40,874 bases of DNA. It comes from a virus. Where the stretch lies: IMG/VR virus record IMGVR_UViG_3300050333_000073, one strand, 5' to 3'. The notes beneath the pieces are model-generated. The model was not told where the DNA came from, did not search any database, and was given only the letters and a program-made list of their open reading frames with translations. Shown here piece after piece: positions 16,521-24,485 of the stretch (position 1 is its first letter; the number at the start of each line of letters is the position of its first letter). Both the position numbers and the translations under genes were made by a program.

Positions 16521-16754
16521 TCAATACCCAATTTCAAAAACATAAATAAAACCATAACTCTCGTAAACAAGGAAATCAGCCTCAGTCACAAAGCCCAAAG
16601 CCCTACGAACATCATCCACACCCACACCCTGCTTCCTAAGTTTATCCACATCCACATTCACCCCATAATCCTTGGCAAATTCGTATAATACCAGTTCAGG
16701 GTATTCTATTCCTGGTGAAAGCACCAGTTTACCACGCTTTTCATACACAGTCAT
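16521..16754 (-). CDS. Hypothetical protein (about 77 aa)
   Basis: GAGGTGA sits 7 nt before ATG 16754. Confidence 0.45.
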   Translation of the reverse strand: MTVYEKRGKLVLSPGIEYPELVLYEFAKDYGVNVDVDKLRKQGVGVDDVRRALGFVTEADFLVYESYGFIYVFEIGY

Positions 16755-16761
16755 ACACACA

Positions 16762-17151
16762 TCACCTCACCCTCAAATCACATATCAAACCATGAACACA
16801 ATCCCCACAACCCTCACCAAGATCACGTTCACAAAACACCACATCAACCCGATAATCTTGCAAGTGCTCCCAATCAAAACATTCACGTTCAACGTATCGC
16901 TGAATAACATTAAGTTCTAAATTAATCCAGTGATCTAACTTGAACCAGGGCCTATCAACTATGGGTCCATCATGAAATTCTGGGAACTTTTCTTTCCATC
17001 CAGTTTTTTGGGCTGCAACTTTGAGTTTGTGGTATCGTATCCACCACATTCTTTCAAGTGGGTGTAGGGTTAGGAATGGTTTTTGCTCGAATAATTTTTC
17101 ATATTTTTGCTTTTTAACCTTCCTTATCAAATTTTCATAATCAATCTCCAT
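16762..17151 (-). CDS. Hypothetical protein (129 aa) with a Cys cluster at the C-terminus
   Basis: Intact ORF with CERDLGEGCGDCVHGLIC. Confidence 0.5.
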   Translation of the reverse strand: MEIDYENLIRKVKKQKYEKLFEQKPFLTLHPLERMWWIRYHKLKVAAQKTGWKEKFPEFHDGPIVDRPWFKLDHWINLELNVIQRYVERECFDWEHLQDYRVDVVFCERDLGEGCGDCVHGLICDLRVR

Positions 17152-17170
17152 TTTAACCCCCCATTATATT

Positions 17171-17366
17171 GTAACGGCCATAACGGCCAAATCGGCCATG
17201 AGCGGCCAGGCCGTTACTTTGGCCCCCTTTGATTAAAAGGAGCATTCTCATATTTTGAATATAGTGACGGCCAAAACTTTCCAGGGAGAGACTTATAGAG
17301 TACCCTTTTTCAAAGTTGGTCATTGTGGCCGATGTGTCCTTTATGTCCGTTGTGGCCGACGTGTCC
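17171..17366. promoter_or_regulatory. GC-rich iteron/inverted-repeat array (candidate replication origin or protein-binding array)
   Basis: Five CGGCCA copies (17175, 17184, 17193, 17203, 17268). Two inverted TGGCCG copies (17326, 17353). A 9-bp inverted repeat gtaacggcc/ggccgttac (17171/17209). Two 17-bp direct repeats ttgtggccgaYgtgtcc (17323, 17350). Confidence 0.55.
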
Positions 17367-17372
17367 GTTACC

Positions 17373-19109
17373 TTACTGATCATATAACTCCCACCCTGGA
17401 GGATCCACATCCTCATCCTGCAACATAATAGTTAACCCATCCATAGCCACATCCTCAAGGATAAAATCCAAGGCAGGTTTACCAAGTTCGTCAAAAATAA
17501 GGTTTTTTTCAGCATCAGACAAACCATTAGACATTATATCCTCTTGAATGTCCTTTTCACTCAAATCATAGATATTTGCCCGGCCCTTTTGTCCTGTGAC
17601 TTTTAAAAAGCCAGCATCATTCAATTCACTAAAATACCGTCTAATACTCCTTTTTGAAAGTTTTACTGTGGATAGTTCCAGGTACTCGTTTATTGTGATT
17701 CCAAGGAGTGATTCAACATAATCATTCCCTTTCCATGTTTTAAGATTATCCCGTAAGTCTTTAAGGATTTCAGACGATTTAGGACTGATATTAACACTTA
17801 TACTATCATGGTAAGTCATTAAGAGACTTTTAAATATTTTAATGTCATTCAAACTAGTGAAAAGGATTTGTTCACCATCTAAATCAAACAATCCCCTACC
17901 AAAAACATTAAAAGCAGTTATTGTTTTCAGTATGCCATTATATTTATCAAAGTCTCGTTTAAAATATTCAGACTCCCCCAAAAAGTCTATAATATCCTTA
18001 GTATAAGGATTAATTATAGTAATGTTCTCCATTTTATCCCGGATCAACTGGACCATGTATTTAACAATCTGAATATCCCTATCATACCTTTCAAACTTCT
18101 TATAGGTTTTACCATGTTTTAACTCCATAATTTGTTTGCGGGCATTGAACACGGCCTTATTATCCATTCTGGGAGTTATGAAGATGGATCTGCTCATTTC
18201 CTGATCGTCAAAGTCAAAACCTGGAACTGTGGTGTAAGTGAGACATGGCCTGCCGTATAAAGTTAAATCAATAACCATCCATCCCACATCTGGTACTGGA
18301 ATATTTAAAGGCTTATTAACAAATCCATCACTCTGTAATTCTTTCAAAAGGTTTTTAGCTTCCATCACGAAATCTTGACTATTTTTACCTCCCAAGTCTC
18401 CAAAGTTAACCACACATCCATCATAATAATACTCGTCATCCTTTGCTCGGTTAAAAGTAGTTGCCCCCGTACTTCCCTTTTCATGTCTAATGTACTCTGA
18501 TGGTATAAGGTTCATTGCCACTTCTTGAATGTGTGTTTTACCAGATGAACCTTCACCCAATCCAATCACACTTATTGGACTGTTTAAAATAACTTGTGAA
18601 GAATAGGCAATAAAGGTCAACATGATATTAGACCGTTCACCTGCAGTCATCCAACTTACCAGACTCCCAATATAGATTAATGGATGAAACTTGTTTTCAA
18701 GTACTTCCTGGGCTTCTTTTAATCTTTCCTCTAAATATTGTTCCTGTTTCAGTTTTTCGTCTTTTTTCACATTATTTTCTGTTAATATAGCAGTTTCAAT
18801 GATTTCATGAAGGAGAATTTTAACCCGTTCAAACTTTTTACTCACTGCTGAATTAGTGAAATCCCCATTAGGATTAAGATGCTTTTTGATTTCCCGTCCT
18901 ACTACGCTCATTTCTGTGAGTGTTAATGGTTCATTGTTCCCGTACTTACCAGTTTCGTTGCCTTCTTTGTCTTTGAAAGTGTATATGTACTCTTTTCCTA
19001 ATTTGAATAATGATAATGTGTATCCATCTTTAAAAGGGACATGATCGATTTTTTCCTCTTTGTCCATTTGTGGGGGTTTTGTAGTTTGTGTTTCGCTGAA
19101 TATGTTCAC
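17373..19109 (-). CDS. Replication-associated P-loop NTPase (helicase/initiator-like) with C-terminal wHTH-like region; start codon uncertain
   Basis: Walker A GLGEGSSGKT and Walker B-like CVVNFGDLGG. C-terminal LSKRSIRRYFSELNDAGFLKV. Largest early-region ORF, adjacent to the iteron array. Confidence 0.6.
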   Translation of the reverse strand: MNIFSETQTTKPPQMDKEEKIDHVPFKDGYTLSLFKLGKEYIYTFKDKEGNETGKYGNNEPLTLTEMSVVGREIKKHLNPNGDFTNSAVSKKFERVKILLHEIIETAILTENNVKKDEKLKQEQYLEERLKEAQEVLENKFHPLIYIGSLVSWMTAGERSNIMLTFIAYSSQVILNSPISVIGLGEGSSGKTHIQEVAMNLIPSEYIRHEKGSTGATTFNRAKDDEYYYDGCVVNFGDLGGKNSQDFVMEAKNLLKELQSDGFVNKPLNIPVPDVGWMVIDLTLYGRPCLTYTTVPGFDFDDQEMSRSIFITPRMDNKAVFNARKQIMELKHGKTYKKFERYDRDIQIVKYMVQLIRDKMENITIINPYTKDIIDFLGESEYFKRDFDKYNGILKTITAFNVFGRGLFDLDGEQILFTSLNDIKIFKSLLMTYHDSISVNISPKSSEILKDLRDNLKTWKGNDYVESLLGITINEYLELSTVKLSKRSIRRYFSELNDAGFLKVTGQKGRANIYDLSEKDIQEDIMSNGLSDAEKNLIFDELGKPALDFILEDVAMDGLTIMLQDEDVDPPGWELYDQ

Positions 19110-19127
19110 CTCCTATTTTTTTAGTTT

Positions 19128-19162
19128 AAAAAAAAAGTGGGAACCAGGATTTATTCTGGTTC
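19128..19162 (-). terminator. Hairpin plus T9 terminator
   Basis: Stem gaaccag/ctggttc (19141..19147 / 19156..19162), followed on the minus strand by T9 (19128..19136). Same stem sequence family as 11158..11179. Confidence 0.6.
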
Positions 19163-20041
19163 GTGTTTATCAGATAGGTAGTCTAGGAGGCTTCTTCGGC
19201 TTTCTGCATCCAGTACCCCTTCACCCACCAGGTCGGCACTGCTTTCAAGGATGTTCTTTTTATTTATTGGTGTCTGGTTTTTGGTTAGGTGTGCTATGAC
19301 TATGTGTAGTGTGCTGTTTTCTTCTGCTAATTGTTTCCAGTAAGATTCGCCGGTTAGGATTCCTTCTACTGTGTTGTCTGGTTCGGTGGGGTCTCTCTGG
19401 CCGGGTTGTTGTTCAACTTTCTCAGCCACAGGCATCTCAGACTTTTCACTTGATTTAGGTTTAACACCAGACTTAGGCCGAGCACTGGACTTAGGAGCTC
19501 TGCGGACCTCTTTAGTTGGTGCCGGTTGCTGAGTTCTACCTGGTTGACTAAACCCTTTACCCATCATTTCCTCAGCAGGAGTAGCACTATAACCAGCTAA
19601 TACCATAACCCACCCAAGGGGTATGCGAAGAGCTTTACTGGTTGCCCTGGTAGTAGCCATGGACTTTATGGCATATTCATCTGCGTTTTTCCAGTTACTT
19701 TCTTTACTACTACAAATGGCTTCACCTTTACTTAATTCCATACCATTAAGAGTCCTAACAATCACAGTAGCTTCATAAGCAATTTCATCTTCCCGGTCAA
19801 GCCTTATACTAGTCTCAGGGTATGGGAAAACACCCAATAATGCTCCTAGGGTTGTCCAGCCTTCCACAAAAACATGGTTTTTCTTTCCTATAGGTTTGTA
19901 GAGTCTTTTAGATTTGATGATGTCACTAAGTTGGTTAGCTATATCAGTTGCCTCTTCAATAATTAGGGTCGGGGCTGAACTACTGAAGATGGATGGAGTG
20001 TTGTTCACGGGTTCGTCAGCCACTACAATTTCACCATCCAT
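19151..20041 (-). CDS. Hypothetical protein; tentatively a single-strand-annealing/recombination protein
   Basis: N-terminal domain with SMATTRATSKALRIPLGW...TPAEEM, then a long P/K/S-rich linker. The product guess rests on weak resemblance only. Confidence 0.3.
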   Translation of the reverse strand: MDGEIVVADEPVNNTPSIFSSSAPTLIIEEATDIANQLSDIIKSKRLYKPIGKKNHVFVEGWTTLGALLGVFPYPETSIRLDREDEIAYEATVIVRTLNGMELSKGEAICSSKESNWKNADEYAIKSMATTRATSKALRIPLGWVMVLAGYSATPAEEMMGKGFSQPGRTQQPAPTKEVRRAPKSSARPKSGVKPKSSEKSEMPVAEKVEQQPGQRDPTEPDNTVEGILTGESYWKQLAEENSTLHIVIAHLTKNQTPINKKNILESSADLVGEGVLDAESRRSLLDYLSDKHEPE

Positions 20042-20042
20042 C

Positions 20043-20543
20043 TTAGTTCACCCCAATTATTCTTAGTGTGTTGTAGTCAAAGTCTCCAGTATGGCCTTTA
20101 ACTTCAACCAAAACGGTGCCTAACTGGTTTATGTGGGTTTGGAGTTCTTTAAAACTCATTTTGTAGATGTTATTGATTCCCCCGGTCCCGGGTTCGTGTA
20201 GTTCTTTGAGACTGTCAATGAGGTCGTAGGCCATACTACCCTGCCAGACTTGGATGTTATCATTCAGTCCTTTGAGGTTTACTTTGCCTTTAAGTGTTTC
20301 CTGGTTCTCGTCATTGCTGATATAAATTCCTGCACTGTATGTTTTTACCATTTCCCCGGTTATGTCGTCGGGGAATTCGTTTTCGTAGATGTCTGATAGG
20401 TATATTTCTCCCTGGAATGTGTCTTTGTCCACGAGGTTGTTTACTTTAAATGTTTCGTAGTTGGCTCTTTCTGCTATTTTGGGGTCTATTTCTTTTTTTT
20501 CTTCTTTTAGTGTTTTGAATAAGGGTTGTTGTGCTTGACTCAT
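20043..20543 (-). CDS. Hypothetical protein (166 aa)
   Basis: AGGAGG sits 9 nt before ATG 20543. Confidence 0.5.
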   Translation of the reverse strand: MSQAQQPLFKTLKEEKKEIDPKIAERANYETFKVNNLVDKDTFQGEIYLSDIYENEFPDDITGEMVKTYSAGIYISNDENQETLKGKVNLKGLNDNIQVWQGSMAYDLIDSLKELHEPGTGGINNIYKMSFKELQTHINQLGTVLVEVKGHTGDFDYNTLRIIGVN

Positions 20544-20544
20544 T

Positions 20545-21249
20545 TTATTCTGCCTCCTTGATTGCTTTTTCATGTTCCCAAGATGCTGGATCCTCTTCCA
20601 TTAATTCCTGATTTTTAACCTTTTCAGGTGTTACATTTGATGCTAGTTCATCCTGTGCGGTTGCTTTTTCTTCTTCCAGTATCCAGGGAGCCTTACCTTT
20701 TGGTAGTTCGTGGAGTTCTGCATACTTCTTAACAAGTTTCAGGTATTGTTCTGCTTCCTGCACCTCAATCTTAAGAGTTTTCAACTGTTCATCCTTGTTA
20801 AGATAAGCGGTTCGTTGTTTCTCGTTACTGATTTTAGCCAGTCCCTCTTCTTTACGGTCGGCATTGAGTTCATCCCAGTTCGTGTTTAGGGTTAGGTAGT
20901 TCTCCCGGTCCTCAAGTAAGGATTTTTTACCGTAAAGATAGGTTTCCGCTTTATCAATGGTGTCGATAATTTCTAGCCGTTTACTCTTCTCTTCACCATT
21001 AATACCGGTGTCTTCGGAGTCGTAGAGGTATGCCTCCCTTCGGATTACTTTTACTCCGGTTTCCTTGTCGATGTGTTCCCGGAACTGTAAAGTATCACGG
21101 TCTAACTTGTAACCGTCCTCATAATTCTCATTCAGTAGGTTTAGGAAGCCTACACCAGTATTACTGCATATTAACCGGTAGTGTTGCCTTTCCCCTTCTT
21201 TTTGAGGTTGTGTTTCCATTTCTAGTTTGTTTTGGTTATCATTCTCCAT
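20545..21249 (-). CDS. Hypothetical coiled-coil protein (234 aa)
   Basis: Intact ORF with an SD-like GGGGGA upstream. Confidence 0.5.
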   Translation of the reverse strand: MENDNQNKLEMETQPQKEGERQHYRLICSNTGVGFLNLLNENYEDGYKLDRDTLQFREHIDKETGVKVIRREAYLYDSEDTGINGEEKSKRLEIIDTIDKAETYLYGKKSLLEDRENYLTLNTNWDELNADRKEEGLAKISNEKQRTAYLNKDEQLKTLKIEVQEAEQYLKLVKKYAELHELPKGKAPWILEEEKATAQDELASNVTPEKVKNQELMEEDPASWEHEKAIKEAE

Positions 21250-21261
21250 TCTAATTCCCCC

Positions 21262-21402
21262 TTAAAATGTTCCCTCTAATTGTTCAACTAAAACTTTTCC
21301 AAGCACTTTAATAGTTTCTAAATCCTCTCCTTCAATCGCTTTTTCACTATTTTCAACTATCGTGTTCACCCTTCCGATGTGGAATTCCTTTTTTTTCTTC
21401 AT
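21262..21402 (-). CDS. 46-aa hypothetical protein
   Basis: Hand-translated MKKKKEFHIGRVNTIVENSEKAIEGEDLETIKVLGKVLVEQLEGTF. Its ATG directly follows the TGA of the GIY-YIG gene. Confidence 0.4.
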   Translation of the reverse strand: MKKKKEFHIGRVNTIVENSEKAIEGEDLETIKVLGKVLVEQLEGTF

Positions 21403-22317
21403 TCAACAATCATCACCCCCTTGTTTTTTTACAATGTCATCATGAATGAATTCATGAAAAAGATCATGTAATATTTCACAGGATAAAGGATCAGGAAATC
21501 CCCCTATACTGATTTGATGTCCTTTATATCTCAATTTGGGTTTCCAAGGGGTGTTTTCAGGATTTTGTCTTTTTTCTAAATTAGCCCCAGTAAATCCAAA
21601 CAATCCTAATCCTCTTTTCGATTCGATCATTTTCTGTCTTGAAGATTCTAGTCTGGGTTTGCCATAGAAAGGATGATTTTCTCCTTTGACTCCATTGCAT
21701 TTCCCCATTTTGGCTTCGCTTATCCTTTTACATGTTTCAAGTGAGCGTTTTCTACCATAGTGTGGAGATAATGGGCCTTTTTTACCATACATATGATTCA
21801 ACGGACCACACTTACCATACATTGGATTTTTTGGTCCAATTTTACTATTCCTAATTTTTTCTCGATGTTCCTTTGATAATTTTTTACCATAACAAGGATG
21901 ATCTTTCCCAGATAGCCGGGCATGGTTTTCACGCAATTTTTGTTTATGTTCTTCTGAAAAAATTCTGCCTTTCATGGCTCTACTCATTTTTTGTCTAGTT
22001 TCTAATGCTAATTTTCCATCTCTTCCACCTTGACGAAGGTTATAACCTTTTTCAGAGTTCAAGGCATCATATTGATCCATAAAATGTATTTCTAAATGGT
22101 TTAGTTCTTCTCTAGAATTAGCCCAAATTAATATTCCAAATTTAAACCCATTTTCCCCATATTTATTAAAACTATTTTGTAAATGATTATTAGAGTGGGT
22201 TTTATTTCGTAAACTTCCGAAATGGTGTAAATAACGGACATGAGGGTCTTGAGTAGTCTGCCCAATGTAAACTTTACCATTTACTAAGTTCTGGATTTTG
22301 TAAATATAGCCATACAT
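21403..22317 (-). CDS. GIY-YIG homing endonuclease with NUMOD3 repeats and AP2-like C-terminus
   Basis: GYIYKIQNLVNGKVYIGQT is the GIY-YIG motif, followed by R..H and N motifs. Multiple HPxYGK...ETRxKMS repeats. Confidence 0.9.
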   Translation of the reverse strand: MYGYIYKIQNLVNGKVYIGQTTQDPHVRYLHHFGSLRNKTHSNNHLQNSFNKYGENGFKFGILIWANSREELNHLEIHFMDQYDALNSEKGYNLRQGGRDGKLALETRQKMSRAMKGRIFSEEHKQKLRENHARLSGKDHPCYGKKLSKEHREKIRNSKIGPKNPMYGKCGPLNHMYGKKGPLSPHYGRKRSLETCKRISEAKMGKCNGVKGENHPFYGKPRLESSRQKMIESKRGLGLFGFTGANLEKRQNPENTPWKPKLRYKGHQISIGGFPDPLSCEILHDLFHEFIHDDIVKKQGGDDC

Positions 22318-22324
22318 ATTATCT

Positions 22325-22398
22325 CTTCCTTGTTTTCCGGTTCTGTTTTCCCTTTGTTTGGGAAAACAAGGAAGGACAATTCAAAAAAAAGTCCTTCC
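22325..22398 (-). promoter_or_regulatory. Two mutually exclusive hairpins in the GIY-YIG leader, one sequestering the SD
   Basis: 14-bp perfect stem 22325..22338 / 22361..22374. 8-bp stem 22370..22377 / 22391..22398. They share 22370..22374. The arm next to the ATG contains AAGGAAG. Confidence 0.5.
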
Positions 22399-22511
22399 TA
22401 TTAAGAGGGTGATCCTCTTGACATACCTTATTATATACCTAATACTATTTAAAGGTATCTTTTAAGGTATAAGCAAAGATATAAATAAAGGCAATTGATA
22501 AAAAATATAAT

Positions 22512-22676
22512 ATGAAAACTAAAGTAAACAAAGCAAGTTCAACGCATGACCAACTTAGGTCAACAATTCCGTCTTCAATAGCCGAAAAATTGGAGATTAA
22601 AGCAGGTAGTGAAATTGATTGGGATCTGGATAAAGTTGATGGGTTATGGGTAGCAGTAATTAAGAAAATATCATAG
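22512..22676 (+). CDS. AbrB/SpoVT-like small DNA-binding protein (54 aa), probably leaderless
   Basis: Hand-translated MKTKVNKASSTHDQLRSTIPSSIAEKLEIKAGSEIDWDLDKVDGLWVAVIKKIS. Aligns with the 24689..24874 product. An atataaat box sits about 26 bp upstream of the ATG. Confidence 0.6.
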   Translation: MKTKVNKASSTHDQLRSTIPSSIAEKLEIKAGSEIDWDLDKVDGLWVAVIKKIS

Positions 22677-22783
22677 TTATTCATTGTTTTTCTCCAAGGC
22701 AAATCTTTGTAATTCTGATTCTTCATCCATCTTGGCAATATTCATACAGGCCAGTTCATGATCCCTGCAATCCACTAATCTAA

Positions 22784-23278
22784 TCATTTCCCCTCCTCCA
22801 GGAGCCCCGCCTTCATGAGTATATAACGATGACCAGTCAACTGAGTCAAACCTAAACCCCTCAACTTCACATAAATAGTACCAACAGCCCTATTCATCTC
22901 CTCCCCTATCTCCCTATGACTTAAACCCCGATTGTGTAATGATAAAAGAGTCTCAGTGTCCTCATCTGTCCAGGGTCTTTTATAGTTCAAACTAACAAGT
23001 CCGAGGTGGTTTGCTTTTAATCTAACGGCTTCACGGCTTCTTCCTAATGTTTCCGCTATGGTTTCAGTGTCCATTGTGTGATAATTCTGTTTTATGTATT
23101 CTGTTTCCTTTTCTGTCCATGCCTTCTTCTTTTGTGAGATTTGTAAGTTCATGATTTTGTTGTAGATTGCTGATTCTGTCCTGTTTAGTGTTTTTGCTAG
23201 TTCTTTGACGCTGGTTCCGGGGTAATGGTTTCGTAGGTAGTCTTTATCTTCCTGTGTCCAGGTTGGCCCTCTTCCCAT
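22784..23278 (-). CDS. DNA-binding protein with three tandem Myb/SANT-like HTH repeats
   Basis: Three repeats of about 50 aa, each starting W-T-x-E-(D/E) (WTQEDKDYL, WTEKETEYI, WTDEDTETL) and ending in an HTH-like segment. Confidence 0.65.
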   Translation of the reverse strand: MGRGPTWTQEDKDYLRNHYPGTSVKELAKTLNRTESAIYNKIMNLQISQKKKAWTEKETEYIKQNYHTMDTETIAETLGRSREAVRLKANHLGLVSLNYKRPWTDEDTETLLSLHNRGLSHREIGEEMNRAVGTIYVKLRGLGLTQLTGHRYILMKAGLLEEGK

Positions 23279-23455
23279 CTAAATCATCCCCGTTGTGTGT
23301 CCGTGGGATATGGGAGCCTGACACCAAAGACACACTCCAAAGACAACCACAATCACCACGGCTATGATAATGTAAAATGCTAAGGTGGGGTGTTCCTCCC
23401 AATACTGTTTGTAAGGGTTGGGTTTCCGTTTAAACAAATCCATCTTACTATTCAT
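23279..23455 (-). CDS. 58-aa single-TM membrane protein
   Basis: ATG 23455 overlaps the upstream TGA (ATGA). TM segment LAFYIIIAVVIVVVFGVCLW. Confidence 0.45.
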   Translation of the reverse strand: MNSKMDLFKRKPNPYKQYWEEHPTLAFYIIIAVVIVVVFGVCLWCQAPISHGHTTGMI

Positions 23456-23571
23456 TCTCCGGCCCCCTTCGTGTATTGTCGGTGTAACTCTCCAATACCC
23501 GTGTAACAGTCCATGAGTGCTATGCACCACCGCTGGATTGGTGTTAGACAGTAATAATCCCAAATAGACAT
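23452..23571 (-). CDS. 39-aa Cys-containing peptide
   Basis: Hand-translated MSIWDYYCLTPIQRWCIALMDCYTGIGELHRQYTKGAGE. GGAGGTGA sits 7 nt before the ATG. Confidence 0.4.
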   Translation of the reverse strand: MSIWDYYCLTPIQRWCIALMDCYTGIGELHRQYTKGAGE

Positions 23572-23895
23572 TTAATAATCACCTCCGAGTTCCATGTACT
23601 CCTTCCGCTGTTCCTCCACTGACTGGACACTAAGTTCTGGTTCGTGGGCTTTACTAATACTGTAAACCGTCCACCGTTCGGTGTCCACCTGAGCATTAAA
23701 GGTTGCTTCTTTGTCCATGAGTTCTTCTGGTTTGTAGTATGTTTTGTTGGTGATGGGGCATTCGTATATAGTGCCCTTGTTGCTTTGCACCTTGATTTTT
23801 GCGTTGGTGGGTAGTTGAATAACCCGCTGTCCATCCAATCCCATGAAGTTCACCAGTTTCGGGATTTTAACAACCTTTTGAAGTACCAAACTCAT
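23572..23895 (-). CDS. Hypothetical protein (107 aa)
   Basis: Intact ORF. ATGA overlap with the upstream micro-ORF. Confidence 0.55.
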   Translation of the reverse strand: MSLVLQKVVKIPKLVNFMGLDGQRVIQLPTNAKIKVQSNKGTIYECPITNKTYYKPEELMDKEATFNAQVDTERWTVYSISKAHEPELSVQSVEEQRKEYMELGGDY

Positions 23896-24035
23896 TTTTG
23901 ATCCCTCCCAAAGTATTCAAAGCGGATTCTTAACCTTCCAATGTGGATTAGTCCATTGTATAGTTTACTGATGTCTCCGTTCGTGGTGTGGAACCAGATT
24001 GTGATGTGCTTCCCAATTCTGAGTGGTTGGTTCAT
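23892..24035 (-). CDS. 47-aa hypothetical peptide
   Basis: Hand-translated MNQPLRIGKHITIWFHTTNGDISKLYNGLIHIGRLRIRFEYFGRDQK. TAATG overlap with the upstream ORF. Confidence 0.35.
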   Translation of the reverse strand: MNQPLRIGKHITIWFHTTNGDISKLYNGLIHIGRLRIRFEYFGRDQK

Positions 24036-24163
24036 TAGAAAACCCTCCGGCGTTGGTATTCTTTATAACTCCTGTACTTCCAGATTTCAGTTAGGAATGT
24101 TTCCCATCCTGTTTTTAATCCTAATCTGGCAGCGTAAAAAAATGTAGTAATGGATTCTAACAT
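24035..24163 (-). CDS. 42-aa hypothetical peptide
   Basis: Hand-translated MLESITTFFYAARLGLKTGWETFLTEIWKYRSYKEYQRRRVF. Its ATG directly follows the upstream TAA. GGAGGG lies upstream. Confidence 0.35.
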   Translation of the reverse strand: MLESITTFFYAARLGLKTGWETFLTEIWKYRSYKEYQRRRVF

Positions 24164-24424
24164 TTATGAACCCTCCTTCATGGCCAGTTCTACAACAATT
24201 TCACATAATTCCTGCATCTGGCCTTTAAGATAATTTAAGCCAAGGCCGTCTCGTTCCATCTTAGAAAAAGCCCCATTAATGCCAGTATTATAATAAGCCT
24301 TAATTCCATGGATTTTAGCGGCTTTAAGTAACGCTTTATCTCCAGTAAATCTAGGGCATTCTCTACAAATAGCGCACCCGTAGTGGGTGACATGTACACA
24401 GTCCTTGCATTCACGTTCACACAT
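24164..24424 (-). CDS. First early gene: Cys-rich (zinc-finger-like) 86-aa protein
   Basis: GGAGGG sits 8 nt before ATG 24424. N-terminus MCERECKDCVHVTHYGCAICRECP. Confidence 0.55.
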   Translation of the reverse strand: MCERECKDCVHVTHYGCAICRECPRFTGDKALLKAAKIHGIKAYYNTGINGAFSKMERDGLGLNYLKGQMQELCEIVVELAMKEGS

Positions 24425-24485
24425 ACACAATTCCCTCCTTTTTCCGTTCTTTACCAGTTTTTCCACCTGCCATTAGTGGAAAAAG

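Noticed and set aside
17153-17416. 87-aa minus-strand ORF in the gap after the replication gene
   Set aside because: It overlaps the end of the 578-aa gene. Its repetitive TDTSAT/GRYGRY sequence comes directly from the CGGCCA/TGGCCG repeat array. No SD is present. I treat it as a non-coding repeat region.
22445-22738. 97-aa minus-strand ORF from the ORF track
   Set aside because: The plus strand encodes a 54-aa protein that aligns with the other AbrB-like product and has a well-placed TATA-like box. The minus-strand reading has no SD and no recognisable motif.
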